Of a stretch of 64,000 nucleotides of DNA, positions 1-11,178 are shown one piece after another (position 1 is the first letter of the stretch; every line of letters starts with the position of its first letter). The notes beneath the pieces are model-generated. The model was not told the DNA's origin. It was given only the letters and a program-made list of their open reading frames with translations, and searched no databases. The stretch is from Pseudomonadales bacterium. GTDB taxonomy: Bacteria > Pseudomonadota > Gammaproteobacteria > Pseudomonadales > UBA7434. The DNA lies in contig OZ253667.1 in NCBI GenBank assembly GCA_965263235.1, positions 1,026,189-1,090,188 of the forward strand, given 5' to 3'. The position numbers and the translations under genes were made by a program.

Positions 1-100
1 ATGGCACAAGCTATCTAGCCCTCCCAAATAAAGCTCCTCTTGGTTGTAATCTAAAGCTAAGAGGGCTGACGTTAATCTCGATATTTCAGGTGATGCTCTC

Positions 101-2081
<1,981 letters not shown>

Positions 2082-2183
2082 CTTTTTAGCAGCCAAACAC
2101 ACTATGTTTAGGCGCTTAAATTTGGTTTCTCGCTCGCGTTAACGTCGAGAGGGCGCGCATAGTAGGTCTTGAGGAATGTGACG

Positions 2184-2651
2184 TCAAGCGCCGCAGCACT
2201 TCTTGTACTTTTTACCGCTTCCGCAGCTGCATGGGTCGTTTCTGCCAACTCTGCCGGGTGCTATGGCCTGGCCATCACAGAAGAACCATTGGTCATGTGC
2301 TTTTTTAAAGTGTGAGCGTTCGGAATGCTTGGTTTGGCGTCCTTCGCTATCTTCGTAAACAGCAGTGAACTCGACCGTGCCAACCCGATCGTTGCGTTTG
2401 CCGGCCTTACCGCCAAGAATTTCTAGAGAAATCCATCGAGAGCTTTCCGCCCATTTTTTAGTGGACTCTTCGTCGAAGTCATCACGGCTGTCGGGATGGA
2501 GTGAATCGTGTAGAAATTCGGTGTTGGCCGTGACGTAGGCGCTGTAGCGAGCGCGCATTAGTGCTTCGGCTGTTTCAGCCAGGGTATTGCCTTCAATTAT
2601 AGGTTGGCAGCATTGTTCAAACTCGGCGCCTGAACCGCAGTGGCAGTTCAT
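2184..2651 (-). CDS. ychJ: YchJ/UPF0225 family SEC-C motif protein
   Basis: MNCHCGSG at the N-terminus and [20 protein letters not shown] at the C-terminus match the E. coli YchJ architecture. I moved the start to the internal ATG at 2651, because the upstream part of the tracked ORF looks non-coding. Confidence 0.85.
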   Translation of the reverse strand: MNCHCGSGAEFEQCCQPIIEGNTLAETAEALMRARYSAYVTANTEFLHDSLHPDSRDDFDEESTKKWAESSRWISLEILGGKAGKRNDRVGTVEFTAVYEDSEGRQTKHSERSHFKKAHDQWFFCDGQAIAPGRVGRNDPCSCGSGKKYKKCCGA

Positions 2652-2876
2652 AATACGATTTCCTCTTACATCAAATCGATCAGCTGGGGAGTCTAGTCGA
2701 TTCAAAAAAAACTGACAAATCGGTGGGGTGGTCAACGAACGATTTATTAAAGTACCTCGTAAAAAGCACAGTTTAATTTTGTCTGTGTAAGGGAATGATG
2801 CATTTGGTATCTTATACAATTCAGCTTTCGAGTTAGCTTTTGGTCTCGCGCTGTACGCGGGCAGTTGTGAATTATC

Positions 2877-4073
2877 ATGCAAGAGTTTGATGACATCCGT
2901 CCTTATAACGACGATGAAATTAATAGAACAATTTTGTCGCTCTGCGACAACCGCGAGTTTGTTGCCCTGATTGCAGGGTATCGATTCCCTACGCTTTCGC
3001 GCCTGGCTGTTGGCTCCTTCAAATTAATTTTAAATTTGATGGTAAAGAGAGGGGTGCTGTCGCGCTTTGGAGGAATTCATTGCGTTAACGACATGCAAGC
3101 GTTGCTCGAGGAGTATCTAGAGATAATGCTGGTGAGAACCTCCGATGGTTTTTCGGTGGCGGGACTCGAAAAGTTGGCACTGGACAGATCCCATTTATTC
3201 TTAAGTAATCACCGGGACATTACGCTGGACCCGGCTTTTACCAATCTGGCGCTGCATCGTGCAGGGGGGAGGACAGTTCGTATAGCGATTGGCGATAACT
3301 TGCTAAGCAAGCCCTGGGCGTCGGATTTAATGCGGATCAACAAAAGCTTTATAGTTAGACGTTCGATTACCAAGCCTAGAGAGCTGCTTAAGGCGCTAAC
3401 TAAGTTGTCGCGTTATATAAAATTTTCTCTGGATGAAGAGCGGGAAAGTGTCTGGATCGCACATAGAGAGGGTCGTGCAAAAGATGGGATTGATAAAACC
3501 GACACGGCCGTATTAAAAATGATATTTTTAGGACGACCTAAAGGCGTGGATTTTTCTGATTATTTAAGAGAATTGCGAGTGGTGCCCTGTAGTATCGCCT
3601 ATGAGTTTGACCCATGTATTGCGATGAAGGCGCGTGAACTGCGTTTGCGACAATCTGAGCAGGGTTACGAAAAATCTGAACATGAAGATTTAGAGAGCAT
3701 TGGGCAGGGTATTGCGGGTTATAAAGGGCGTGTTCATTTGGAATTTTCTCCGCTGGTCACTGAGAGTCTCGACAATGTTGAACAGTTTGAAGAAGCACTG
3801 GATAAAGCCATCATATCGGGGTACAAATTGTTTCCAAGTAATTTCATTGCTTACAAAAGAGTGTTTGGCGAGGAAAAATATAATGCCGCCGTTGAAAAGT
3901 TAAGAGAGCATGATTTGATCGACGGTATGGTGTTGAGCGAGCTGGGTAGCATGCAAAGTTTGCAAAAATTTGAAGCGCACTTGTCGCAAGTAGAAGCGAG
4001 CGATTTGGAGATTGCATTACAGTGTTATGCGAACGCTGTAGTTTCAAAGCTTGGCTTGCTTCAACAAAACTAG
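2877..4073 (+). CDS. Acyltransferase family protein (PlsC/LPLAT-like)
   Basis: The [13 protein letters not shown] block resembles the acyltransferase NHxxxxD motif region. The ORF is 398 aa. The family assignment was made by eye only. Confidence 0.55.
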   Translation: MQEFDDIRPYNDDEINRTILSLCDNREFVALIAGYRFPTLSRLAVGSFKLILNLMVKRGVLSRFGGIHCVNDMQALLEEYLEIMLVRTSDGFSVAGLEKLALDRSHLFLSNHRDITLDPAFTNLALHRAGGRTVRIAIGDNLLSKPWASDLMRINKSFIVRRSITKPRELLKALTKLSRYIKFSLDEERESVWIAHREGRAKDGIDKTDTAVLKMIFLGRPKGVDFSDYLRELRVVPCSIAYEFDPCIAMKARELRLRQSEQGYEKSEHEDLESIGQGIAGYKGRVHLEFSPLVTESLDNVEQFEEALDKAIISGYKLFPSNFIAYKRVFGEEKYNAAVEKLREHDLIDGMVLSELGSMQSLQKFEAHLSQVEASDLEIALQCYANAVVSKLGLLQQN

Positions 4074-4096
4074 TCGACTGAATAGATAAGCTATCG

Positions 4097-6298
4097 ATGG
4101 CGCTTACCGAAGAGTTAAAAGGAAATATTCAGCGATATTATAGGGAGTGGTTAGAAAGCAATGACTGTAAACCTCGGCGACCGCAGAGGGAAATGATTGC
4201 TCATATCGCTCGATGTTTGGCCGCAGTAGAAACTGATGAAGAAGGTTTACGTCTGGACTCCTTTCAAAATCAGTTATGCATTGTTCAAGCCGGTACGGGT
4301 ACGGGTAAAACGCTTGCGTATTCGATTGCTTCGATTGTTATCGCGCAGGCGCTTGATAAAAAAGTCGTTCTCTCAACGGCAACAGTTGCCCTGCAAGAGC
4401 AGCTACTTAATAAAGATCTTCCAAACCTGCTTGAATCAACTTCGTTAGATTTTTCTCTGGCGATTGCGAAAGGGCGTTCGCGCTACTTGTGTTTGAGTAA
4501 GCTAAGCTTGCGTTTAAAAGAATCAGAGGGGCTTGCTCCGCCGCAAGGTTTATTCCCTGACGAGCAGGGTGTGTTAAGTCAAAGCGCCAAAAAATCCATC
4601 TCGATCCTTTCGAAAGCAGTTGGATCAGGTGAGGCTTGTGGAGAGTTTGATTCGCTACCGGATGATTTTGATCACGAAAACTGGCATCTGGTCGCTGCTG
4701 ATAGAAACAGTTGTAGTGGTAAGCAGTGCTCCAATTATCGGGATTGCTATCTTTTTAACGCGAGAGACGAAGTTCGTAAGTCGGACGTGATTGTGGCAAA
4801 TCACGATTTGGTGCTGGCGGACTTAACTTTGGGTGGGGGGAACGTTTTACCGCCGCCGGAGGAGACGATTTACGTGTTTGATGAAGGGCATCATTTACCC
4901 GAGAAATCACGTAACCATTTAAGTGTTTCGTTTGGTCTACAGGCGCAGAGAAAGCAACTAGGGAATAGTCAAAAAATTTTCGCACACTTGCGAGATGTTA
5001 CTGGTATTTCTGCTGATCTTTTGTCTCGAGAAAAAACGATCAATCAACTGGACGAAACCCTTAAAACGATCTTGGCAGCAGTAGACGGCGTGGTCGGTAA
5101 AATAGTTGATGGTGGCGGCGGGTTGGATGGGATCGATTCTGGTGCCGAAGGTGTGTACCGGTTTGTGAACGGAATAGTTGAAGAAGATTTGCGGCAGCAT
5201 TTTGCAGACCTTCAAACCTGCTTTTTGGAAAAACATCGCCAGTTGAGTGCGATTGGTTCAGGTTTGGCGGATGCGATAAAGGATACAGGTGACGGTGATA
5301 CTGTTGTGCACGAGCGCAGTATTGCGAAGGGAAAATCTAATTCGAAAAAAGGCATTACGACAAGGGAGCGCCTGGAAGCTGCGCTTTCGTTAGTGAGTCA
5401 TTCACTCGCTCAGGTAGACAATGCGCTTGCTGTTTGTGATAGCTATGCTAATTGCAGTAAAGATGACCCGTACGCACGCTGGCTTTTAGAGAGCGACACT
5501 TCGGCCACCGCGAGAGCGGATGTTAGTGTTTTTTCAGTGCCGCTTTCTACTGCGAGTATTTTAAAAAGAATTCTGTGGAAGCGCTGTTTTTCGGCGGTAG
5601 TTACTTCAGCGACGCTCGCGCCGGCCGGAAACTTCAAGCATTTTTTTAGCAAGTTGGGTCATGGAGATGAGGTCCGCTCAATTCAGTTGTTAGGTGAGTT
5701 TAATTACGCTGATGCTGTTTTTTACGTTCCGCAAATGCAAAGCTCTGCGACTAATGCAATACTGCATACTGAAGAGCTTATCGAGTTAATTCCGAATTTA
5801 GTAGACAGTACAGGCGGGAGTCTGGTTTTGTTTTCATCGCGAAAGCAAATGATGGATGTTGCGCAAGAATTAGAAGCTGCGTTAGATGTTTTGGTTCAGG
5901 GAGAGCGCTCAAAACAGAAGTTGCTTGATCTTCACCGAGAGCGTGTGGATAAAGGGGGGCGAAGTGTGCTCTTTGGCCTGGCTAGTTTTGCCGAGGGCTT
6001 AGATTTGCCTGGTGACTATTGCAAAGAAGTTGTTATTGCGAAGCTTCCATTTTCTGTGCCGGATGGCCCTGTCGATAAAGCAATGGCAGAGTGGGTCGAG
6101 TCCAGGGGCGGGAACCCGTTTTATGATATTAGTTTACCAGATGCAGCCATACGCTTGATGCAGTCAAGCGGGAGGCTTTTGCGCAAAGATTCTGATGAGG
6201 GTCGTATAACGCTATTAGATAGGCGGATAGTGGCAAAAAGCTATGGAAAGCAGCTGCTCGCGGCACTCCCTCCATACCGGCTCGAAGTGGGGCGTTAA
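4097..6298 (+). CDS. dinG: ATP-dependent DNA helicase, DinG family
   Basis: It has Walker A AGTGTGKT and a DEGHH (DEAH-type) box. Cys residues between the motifs are consistent with an Fe-S domain. The C-terminal helicase motifs include SFAEGLD. The ORF is 733 aa. Confidence 0.85.
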   Translation: MALTEELKGNIQRYYREWLESNDCKPRRPQREMIAHIARCLAAVETDEEGLRLDSFQNQLCIVQAGTGTGKTLAYSIASIVIAQALDKKVVLSTATVALQEQLLNKDLPNLLESTSLDFSLAIAKGRSRYLCLSKLSLRLKESEGLAPPQGLFPDEQGVLSQSAKKSISILSKAVGSGEACGEFDSLPDDFDHENWHLVAADRNSCSGKQCSNYRDCYLFNARDEVRKSDVIVANHDLVLADLTLGGGNVLPPPEETIYVFDEGHHLPEKSRNHLSVSFGLQAQRKQLGNSQKIFAHLRDVTGISADLLSREKTINQLDETLKTILAAVDGVVGKIVDGGGGLDGIDSGAEGVYRFVNGIVEEDLRQHFADLQTCFLEKHRQLSAIGSGLADAIKDTGDGDTVVHERSIAKGKSNSKKGITTRERLEAALSLVSHSLAQVDNALAVCDSYANCSKDDPYARWLLESDTSATARADVSVFSVPLSTASILKRILWKRCFSAVVTSATLAPAGNFKHFFSKLGHGDEVRSIQLLGEFNYADAVFYVPQMQSSATNAILHTEELIELIPNLVDSTGGSLVLFSSRKQMMDVAQELEAALDVLVQGERSKQKLLDLHRERVDKGGRSVLFGLASFAEGLDLPGDYCKEVVIAKLPFSVPDGPVDKAMAEWVESRGGNPFYDISLPDAAIRLMQSSGRLLRKDSDEGRITLLDRRIVAKSYGKQLLAALPPYRLEVGR

Positions 6299-7287
6299 CC
6301 GCCGAGGTAAAGACATTCTGTGAGTAAATTTTACAAGTAGATTTAGGCCTACCGCTTGAACTACAAAAGGAATTGTGTAATTATCGACCACATAATCTGC
6401 CACGTTGTTTGTGGTGAGCATATTCTTTTCCGCGACGAACATGTGTCGTTGCGTGTTACGTTAGGTGGTCCTGGTCGGCCTTAGCGTGAGGGAAAAGGTG
6501 CATTTGGTAGTCGTGGCGTTATATTCGTTGCCTCGGTTGTTGCTTGCTCGTTAACTGTTCAATATTTGCAGCAGTGCGGGCGGCAGTTTGTTTGTACCTG
6601 TTTCGTTCCTCCTCACGTTCTTCTTTCCCAGGCTTTCCTAATTGATACGTGTTTTTTGCGTGGGTATCTACGCAAATTGGCGTGCTGAATAGCAGCGCAT
6701 CTCCCCCTGTTGTGATGCTCTCAGCGCAACCAATATTTTTCATGAGGGCTTGCCTACGAATTTTGAATAGATATCTCGTAAGTTAGCGTCAATAGTTTTC
6801 GAGGGTTGTCCTGGTAGACCCGCTCGTCTTTATTGGCACTGCTTCGACCTACAGAACGTTTGCTTTACTCATCGCGCAGGCTTTGCATTCTTAGCTGCTA
6901 CCGTGTGGGGTAAGACGTTTAATAACGCCGGTCGCATTAGCGGTCGATTGGCTGTGGGTTGTTTTGTGGTGTCATCATCTACCAGTACTCCTCTTTAGAT
7001 AAATTAAAGGTGTAGCTCTAGCCTGGTCTATCGCTAGGGCTCTAATGCCGTCGGCTGTTTTACTGCACAGCATTCGTATGAGTGTTGGTGATCAGTTGAG
7101 GCTTTTTTTATTTTTTAGATCTCAGGAGGTCTTATCGCGCACCCCTACTAGTTTAAAAAATGCTTATGAAGCGTGCTTTGGTTCTGTGCACGTTGCGTCT
7201 TAATCAAATCTCCATAACTAAGGCTTTTGGCTATGTGGCTGTGTAACGCTGCGAGGCCTGCGTTTTGGTGATTTAGCTTGACTATAT

Positions 7288-7486
7288 ATGATAAAATTTT
7301 AACTGGTTTTTATATCTATCGTTGAATTTGTCGTTAAACGGTCACGCTGAAATTCTCGCTTTTTAAGCTGATAAAAGGCTCAGTAATGATTGTACCACCG
7401 AGCTAACCTGGAGCTATTTTTAATGTTTTTTGGGATTTTTTTCTCCAGGGTATTTCTTTTTTGTAAATAAAATGATAAAATTTTAA
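7288..7486. repeat. Two exact copies of the 15-mer ATGATAAAATTTTAA in an AT-rich ORF-free region
   Basis: The copies are at 7288-7302 and 7472-7486. The second lies ~25 nt upstream of the -35 element at 7511. Confidence 0.6.
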
Positions 7487-7510
7487 ATCTGGATTTTTTC
7501 AAAAAAAGTG

Positions 7511-7538
7511 TTGACACAGCCTGTAGACTGGTTAACAT
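7511..7538 (+). promoter_or_regulatory. Sigma70-like promoter candidate
   Basis: TTGACA (7511-7516), a 16-nt spacer, then TAACAT (7533-7538). No protein-coding ORF lies downstream. Confidence 0.4.
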
Positions 7539-7661
7539 TGTTCCCAAGTTTTAGTCGGTGTTGGCTCAATCACATTGTTAGGCGAGTTGATTGGCAACGC
7601 TTCCTAGTTTGAAGGCGTAGACGGCTTTTTGCTGGCGCGCTTGACGGTTTTAAACGCCAGT

Positions 7662-7810
7662 CGAGCCTTGCTGGGCTTCTCCAGGGGCCAAGGGGCAGCA
7701 GGGCTCGGCAGGCGATAAATTTTGATTTGATAGTAGTGGTTTTAACGTCAGCTGGACCCGTTGGGCTTCTCCAGGGGCCAAGGGGCAACGGGTTCCGGCA
7801 GACGATAAAA
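7662..7810 (+). ncRNA. Candidate structured RNA: two tandem hairpins with an identical 22-nt loop and covarying stems
   Basis: Hairpin 1 has stem cgagccttgctg / cagcagggctcg (7662-7707). Hairpin 2 has stem ggacccgttg / caacgggttcc (7754-7796). Both enclose GGCTTCTCCAGGGGCCAAGGGG and are followed by GGCAG(G/A)CGATAAA. The strand is uncertain. Confidence 0.35.
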
Positions 7811-7991
7811 AGGCAGGGATAAAGAATAATAAATGGAGTCTTGCTGGGTTTTAGCAGGCAGTTCAAATTTGTTGTTGCTGGTGCTGGTGTCACCACTGAA
7901 TTCATACCAGGCACTTTGATGCTCGAGGTTTTGTCATCAAGGTCAAGGGTATCGAGGTGGAGTTCGGTTTGAGTGGCGCCAGCAACAGTAT

Positions 7992-8018
7992 AAATAAGCT
8001 ATTAGCTTTTATTTTTTT
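7992..8018 (+). terminator. Weak intrinsic terminator candidate
   Basis: AAGCT-ATT-AGCTT is a short stem followed by TTTATTTTTTT. The stem is AT-rich and only 5 bp. Confidence 0.3.
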
Positions 8019-8460
8019 CGATTGCGTTTTTGCTTGGCTTGATTGGTGATGGCGTGCTCCGTTTTGAGTTTGTCACGACGTTTCCGCAACCAGCGGTTAA
8101 ATGACAGGATTAGGCGGTTTTGAGAGTAATGTAGTTATGTGGCAATGCGTTGCGGCGATGCGATTCCAGGGCTATTGTCTGGTCGCTATACGTTCAATTG
8201 TGCAAGAGTGATCGCACAAAAAAAGTACAAAAATGCTTGCTATATCCAAATGCGTTGTGTAGCATGTGATCCAGTCGCTAGACCTTACAGGATTTAGCGA
8301 TGACTTTTACAAGTTTAAAAAAGTAAAAACGCTGTAAAAAGCATTGTGAATCAAAGGTTTAGTAAAGCTTTAGGTTGACAAAAAGGTATTTTATTATAAC
8401 GGCTTGACTGACAGACTGTTGCTCAGCAAGAGGAGAACAATAAAGGCTGTACCTATTTAT

Positions 8461-8544
8461 CGATGTGAATCGACAATGCTTTCTTCGATGTGAATCGATG
8501 CTCAGGAAGAGGCTAATTATAATAATCGGTGTGAATCGACAATC
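8461..8544. repeat. Three direct copies of CG(A/G)TGTGAATCGA upstream of the first CTERM-protein gene
   Basis: cgatgtgaatcgacaat is at 8461, cgatgtgaatcgatgct at 8486 and cggtgtgaatcgacaat at 8527. Copies 1 and 3 share extended flanks. Confidence 0.6.
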
Positions 8545-8750
8545 AACAATTGGCTATTTAGCGGTACGGTCAAGTACAAAGCAATTCTTCACGGGGCAGA
8601 ATAAAATTGCTGCTGAGTGTGTTAGCTTGAGTTAAATAAAGACGTAACAATTAAGCGTCATACTTATTCCTCAGGTTAGTACTTGCAAGCGACTAGTTCG
8701 TTTGTCTTCTTAAAAAAGTAAAGTTTTTAAGCAAAATCGGAGTTTTAACG

Positions 8751-9467
8751 ATGAAAAAACAATTAAGCATTTTGGCGGGTTCAGTTCTGCTAGCTTCAGG
8801 TGCTCACGCAGCTACCGTTGGTGTTGGCGGAAATGCCGTAGCGGTTTTTGATACTGCTGGCGTAGGTACCTACATCATTGATACTGGTGTTACTGCCGAC
8901 GCTCTTGCAGCTGGTAATGGCTTCCAAATCGATGTGTCTGCAGCTTTAGCTGCACTTGGGTCAATTGATTCTTACGCAGTTCTAGGACTTACCACTCCTA
9001 CTGCAACAGGTTTATACAACTACGATTCAGGTTCTTACGTAGATGTTGGCGCTGGTGTTGTTTACGCTTCATCTACCGGTGGCGGTCCCGCAGTTAGTCA
9101 AAACAACACTGTTCTACAGACCGGTGGTGTAGCAACATACTTGAATAACGCTAATTTCGGCCTTAACGTAGATGGTTCTGGTGGAGATGCAAGTGGTTCT
9201 GCTGCAATACTCACTGGCTTTGGTGGCCTGTTGAACGCTGCCGGTGCATTATCCGGTCTGTTCGTACAGGATTCTGACTTTACGGGTTTAACTTCGTCGC
9301 CTGATGCGGTTACGATTCTGACTCCAACAGGCGCTATTGAAGGTGTTTATTTAGACGGTACAACTTTCAGTGCAACTGCTGTTGGTTCAACCGTGGTACC
9401 TGTGCCCGCTGCAGCCTGGCTATTTGGCTCGGCGCTTGTTGGTCTGGGCGTAGTTCGTCGCAGGTAG
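8751..9467 (+). CDS. Exported protein with a VPLPA/PEP-CTERM-like C-terminal sorting signal (paralog of 21108-21962)
   Basis: The signal peptide is MKKQLSILAGSVLLASGAHA/AT. The C-terminus VPVPAAAWLFGSALVGLGVVRRR has the motif, a hydrophobic helix and a basic tail. Confidence 0.8.
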   Translation: MKKQLSILAGSVLLASGAHAATVGVGGNAVAVFDTAGVGTYIIDTGVTADALAAGNGFQIDVSAALAALGSIDSYAVLGLTTPTATGLYNYDSGSYVDVGAGVVYASSTGGGPAVSQNNTVLQTGGVATYLNNANFGLNVDGSGGDASGSAAILTGFGGLLNAAGALSGLFVQDSDFTGLTSSPDAVTILTPTGAIEGVYLDGTTFSATAVGSTVVPVPAAAWLFGSALVGLGVVRRR

Positions 9468-9671
9468 TAAACTGCGAACTATCGTATGCTTTGTGGCTTA
9501 CTTGGTGAATATCTTTTTGTGTTGTTCATCCAGCTGTCACAAAGCTGCGGTAAAAAAGCAAAATAAAAGGGAGTTTCTGGTTGGACTGTCGTAGGTCTTC
9601 CAGTCAGGACTCCCATATTGATAGGGTCGTATAATTGGCTCTGAGAAATATTAAATTATGAGGTTATTACA

Positions 9672-10457
9672 ATGAAAATGACTAAACTCGCTGCAGCAAT
9701 GGCTGCAACCGTAGTTTCAGCAGCTCACGCTCTGGACTTCTCAACTGTTGACACTAATCCAAGCGGTACTGCTATCAATGTTGGTGCTTGCGCTATCGTT
9801 GCCGCGACTGATATTGCTGACGGCTTGCGTACTATTCAGGGCGGCGACGCAGCTTGTGCGGGTAGTACTGATGCGGCATGTGCGCCTTCATTATCTAGTG
9901 CTGAGCTCCGTGCTTTAGCTACTGGCGCTGTTAATAACGCGACAAACATCTTGGGTGACGGTGGAAACCTTGACGATGCGACAGGCATCAAAAAAGGTGC
10001 ATTGGTATTCAACATTGCTGATGGATGTGACAATGCTGTAAGAGCTTTCGCGGGTTCTTCAGCTGGTATTGGTGGCCTTTCTTGTGGTCAGGGTCCTGCG
10101 ACTTTAGCAACTGCCGGTAACGACGCTGCAGTTCTTGGTACACTTACCAACGGTCAATCTAACCACAGAATGGGTATTATCTCTTCTACTTCTTTGGCTG
10201 ATACCCACGCGTTTATCAAGCTTGATGGCGTAGCTCCAAGCGTTGAGGCAGTTGCTTCTTCAAACTACAATCTGGTTTCTAACCTGGCTGCGGCTGCAAG
10301 CGTTGCTGACAATACAACTAATGGCATTACTGTAGGTATCGTGGCTGCTGATTCTGGGAACGGTGTTGCTTATCACCAGGTGGCCGGTAACGCGGTAGGT
10401 TGTGCACCTCTCGCGCCTGGCGGTGCACTTACTGATGCAAACGGCGGCGCGCTTTAA
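9672..10457 (+). CDS. Exported Ala/Gly-rich, Cys-containing hypothetical protein
   Basis: The signal peptide is MKMTKLAAAMAATVVSAAHA/LD. The ORF is 261 aa, has no C-terminal anchor and is followed by a strong terminator. Confidence 0.7.
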   Translation: MKMTKLAAAMAATVVSAAHALDFSTVDTNPSGTAINVGACAIVAATDIADGLRTIQGGDAACAGSTDAACAPSLSSAELRALATGAVNNATNILGDGGNLDDATGIKKGALVFNIADGCDNAVRAFAGSSAGIGGLSCGQGPATLATAGNDAAVLGTLTNGQSNHRMGIISSTSLADTHAFIKLDGVAPSVEAVASSNYNLVSNLAAAASVADNTTNGITVGIVAADSGNGVAYHQVAGNAVGCAPLAPGGALTDANGGAL

Positions 10458-10534
10458 TAGAGCTAGCTATTCTCAATAGCAACGCCGATTTGAGCGATCT
10501 TTATAGACCTTTGTCCTAAAGAGTACGCTTGATT

Positions 10535-10570
10535 AAAAATACCCGCTCCGAAAGGTGCGGGTATTTTTGT
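10535..10570 (+). terminator. Rho-independent terminator
   Basis: aaaaATACCCGCtccgaaaggtGCGGGTATttttgt is a GC-rich stem followed by a T-run. Confidence 0.8.
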
Positions 10571-11178
10571 TGTGGGGAAGGCTTGCTCATATCTACACCC
10601 TGAGTTTGATAGATGCGAATATTGTTTGCTCCGCTATGGAGTGACCTGCTTTAAATAGCAGCACAGCCTTTATCGCTCTTAATAGCGTGTTACCTGAGTG
10701 TGTTTTGCGAGAGTTCGCGGGGTTTGAAGCTGATATCCTTATGGTGGTGATTTACGACGGTGATAAGGGAATGCCACAACCTTTTATTCCTGCGGGGCTG
10801 ATTTTGCTGAAAGTTAAAAGCACTATCAATAGAACCAGACTCGTGGGCGGTAAAAATATTTTGTGTCAGCTAGACACACTTCTATGGCTGTCGAAATTTT
10901 AGCATATCGGTTAGTTAAAAACGGCATTGATTGGCGAGTATAAACGGATCTTGGTTATACCCCTATGTTGCAGTAAAAGTAATAAACTAGGGTTTCCAGT
11001 TCAATCTTTTCCAACTTTGATAGGTAAATCAAAGTCTGTATTCATCTAGTCTCTACATTGGCGGCTATTTGCTAAAATCTGGTCTCGCCTGCCATAATTT
11101 TTGGTGGAAAAAATTAATAGTAATCAAATTTGAGTCTGAATCAGTTGAAATATTAGCACTCAGGTATTTAGTGGAAGT

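Noticed and set aside
2652-2882. An N-terminal extension of the ychJ ORF (232 aa in the track).
   Set aside because: The conserved protein starts at MNCHCGSG. The upstream 77 codons have no similarity to YchJ and overlap the divergent promoter region and the start of the neighbouring gene.
6519-6743. A 74-aa minus-strand ORF downstream of dinG.
   Set aside because: There is no Shine-Dalgarno site or recognisable motif, and the tail is charged and low-complexity. Support is insufficient to call a gene.
7570-7914. A 114-aa minus-strand ORF in the ORF-free region.
   Set aside because: The low-complexity Pro/Leu/Gly product (PLPLGPWRSP occurs twice) derives from the two hairpin repeats, so it is not credible coding sequence.
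7545-8018. A possible CsrB/RsmZ-type sponge RNA.
   Set aside because: Only about four GGA occurrences on the plus strand, none in the AnGGA hairpin-loop context typical of Csr/Rsm RNAs. No GacA-type upstream palindrome was seen.
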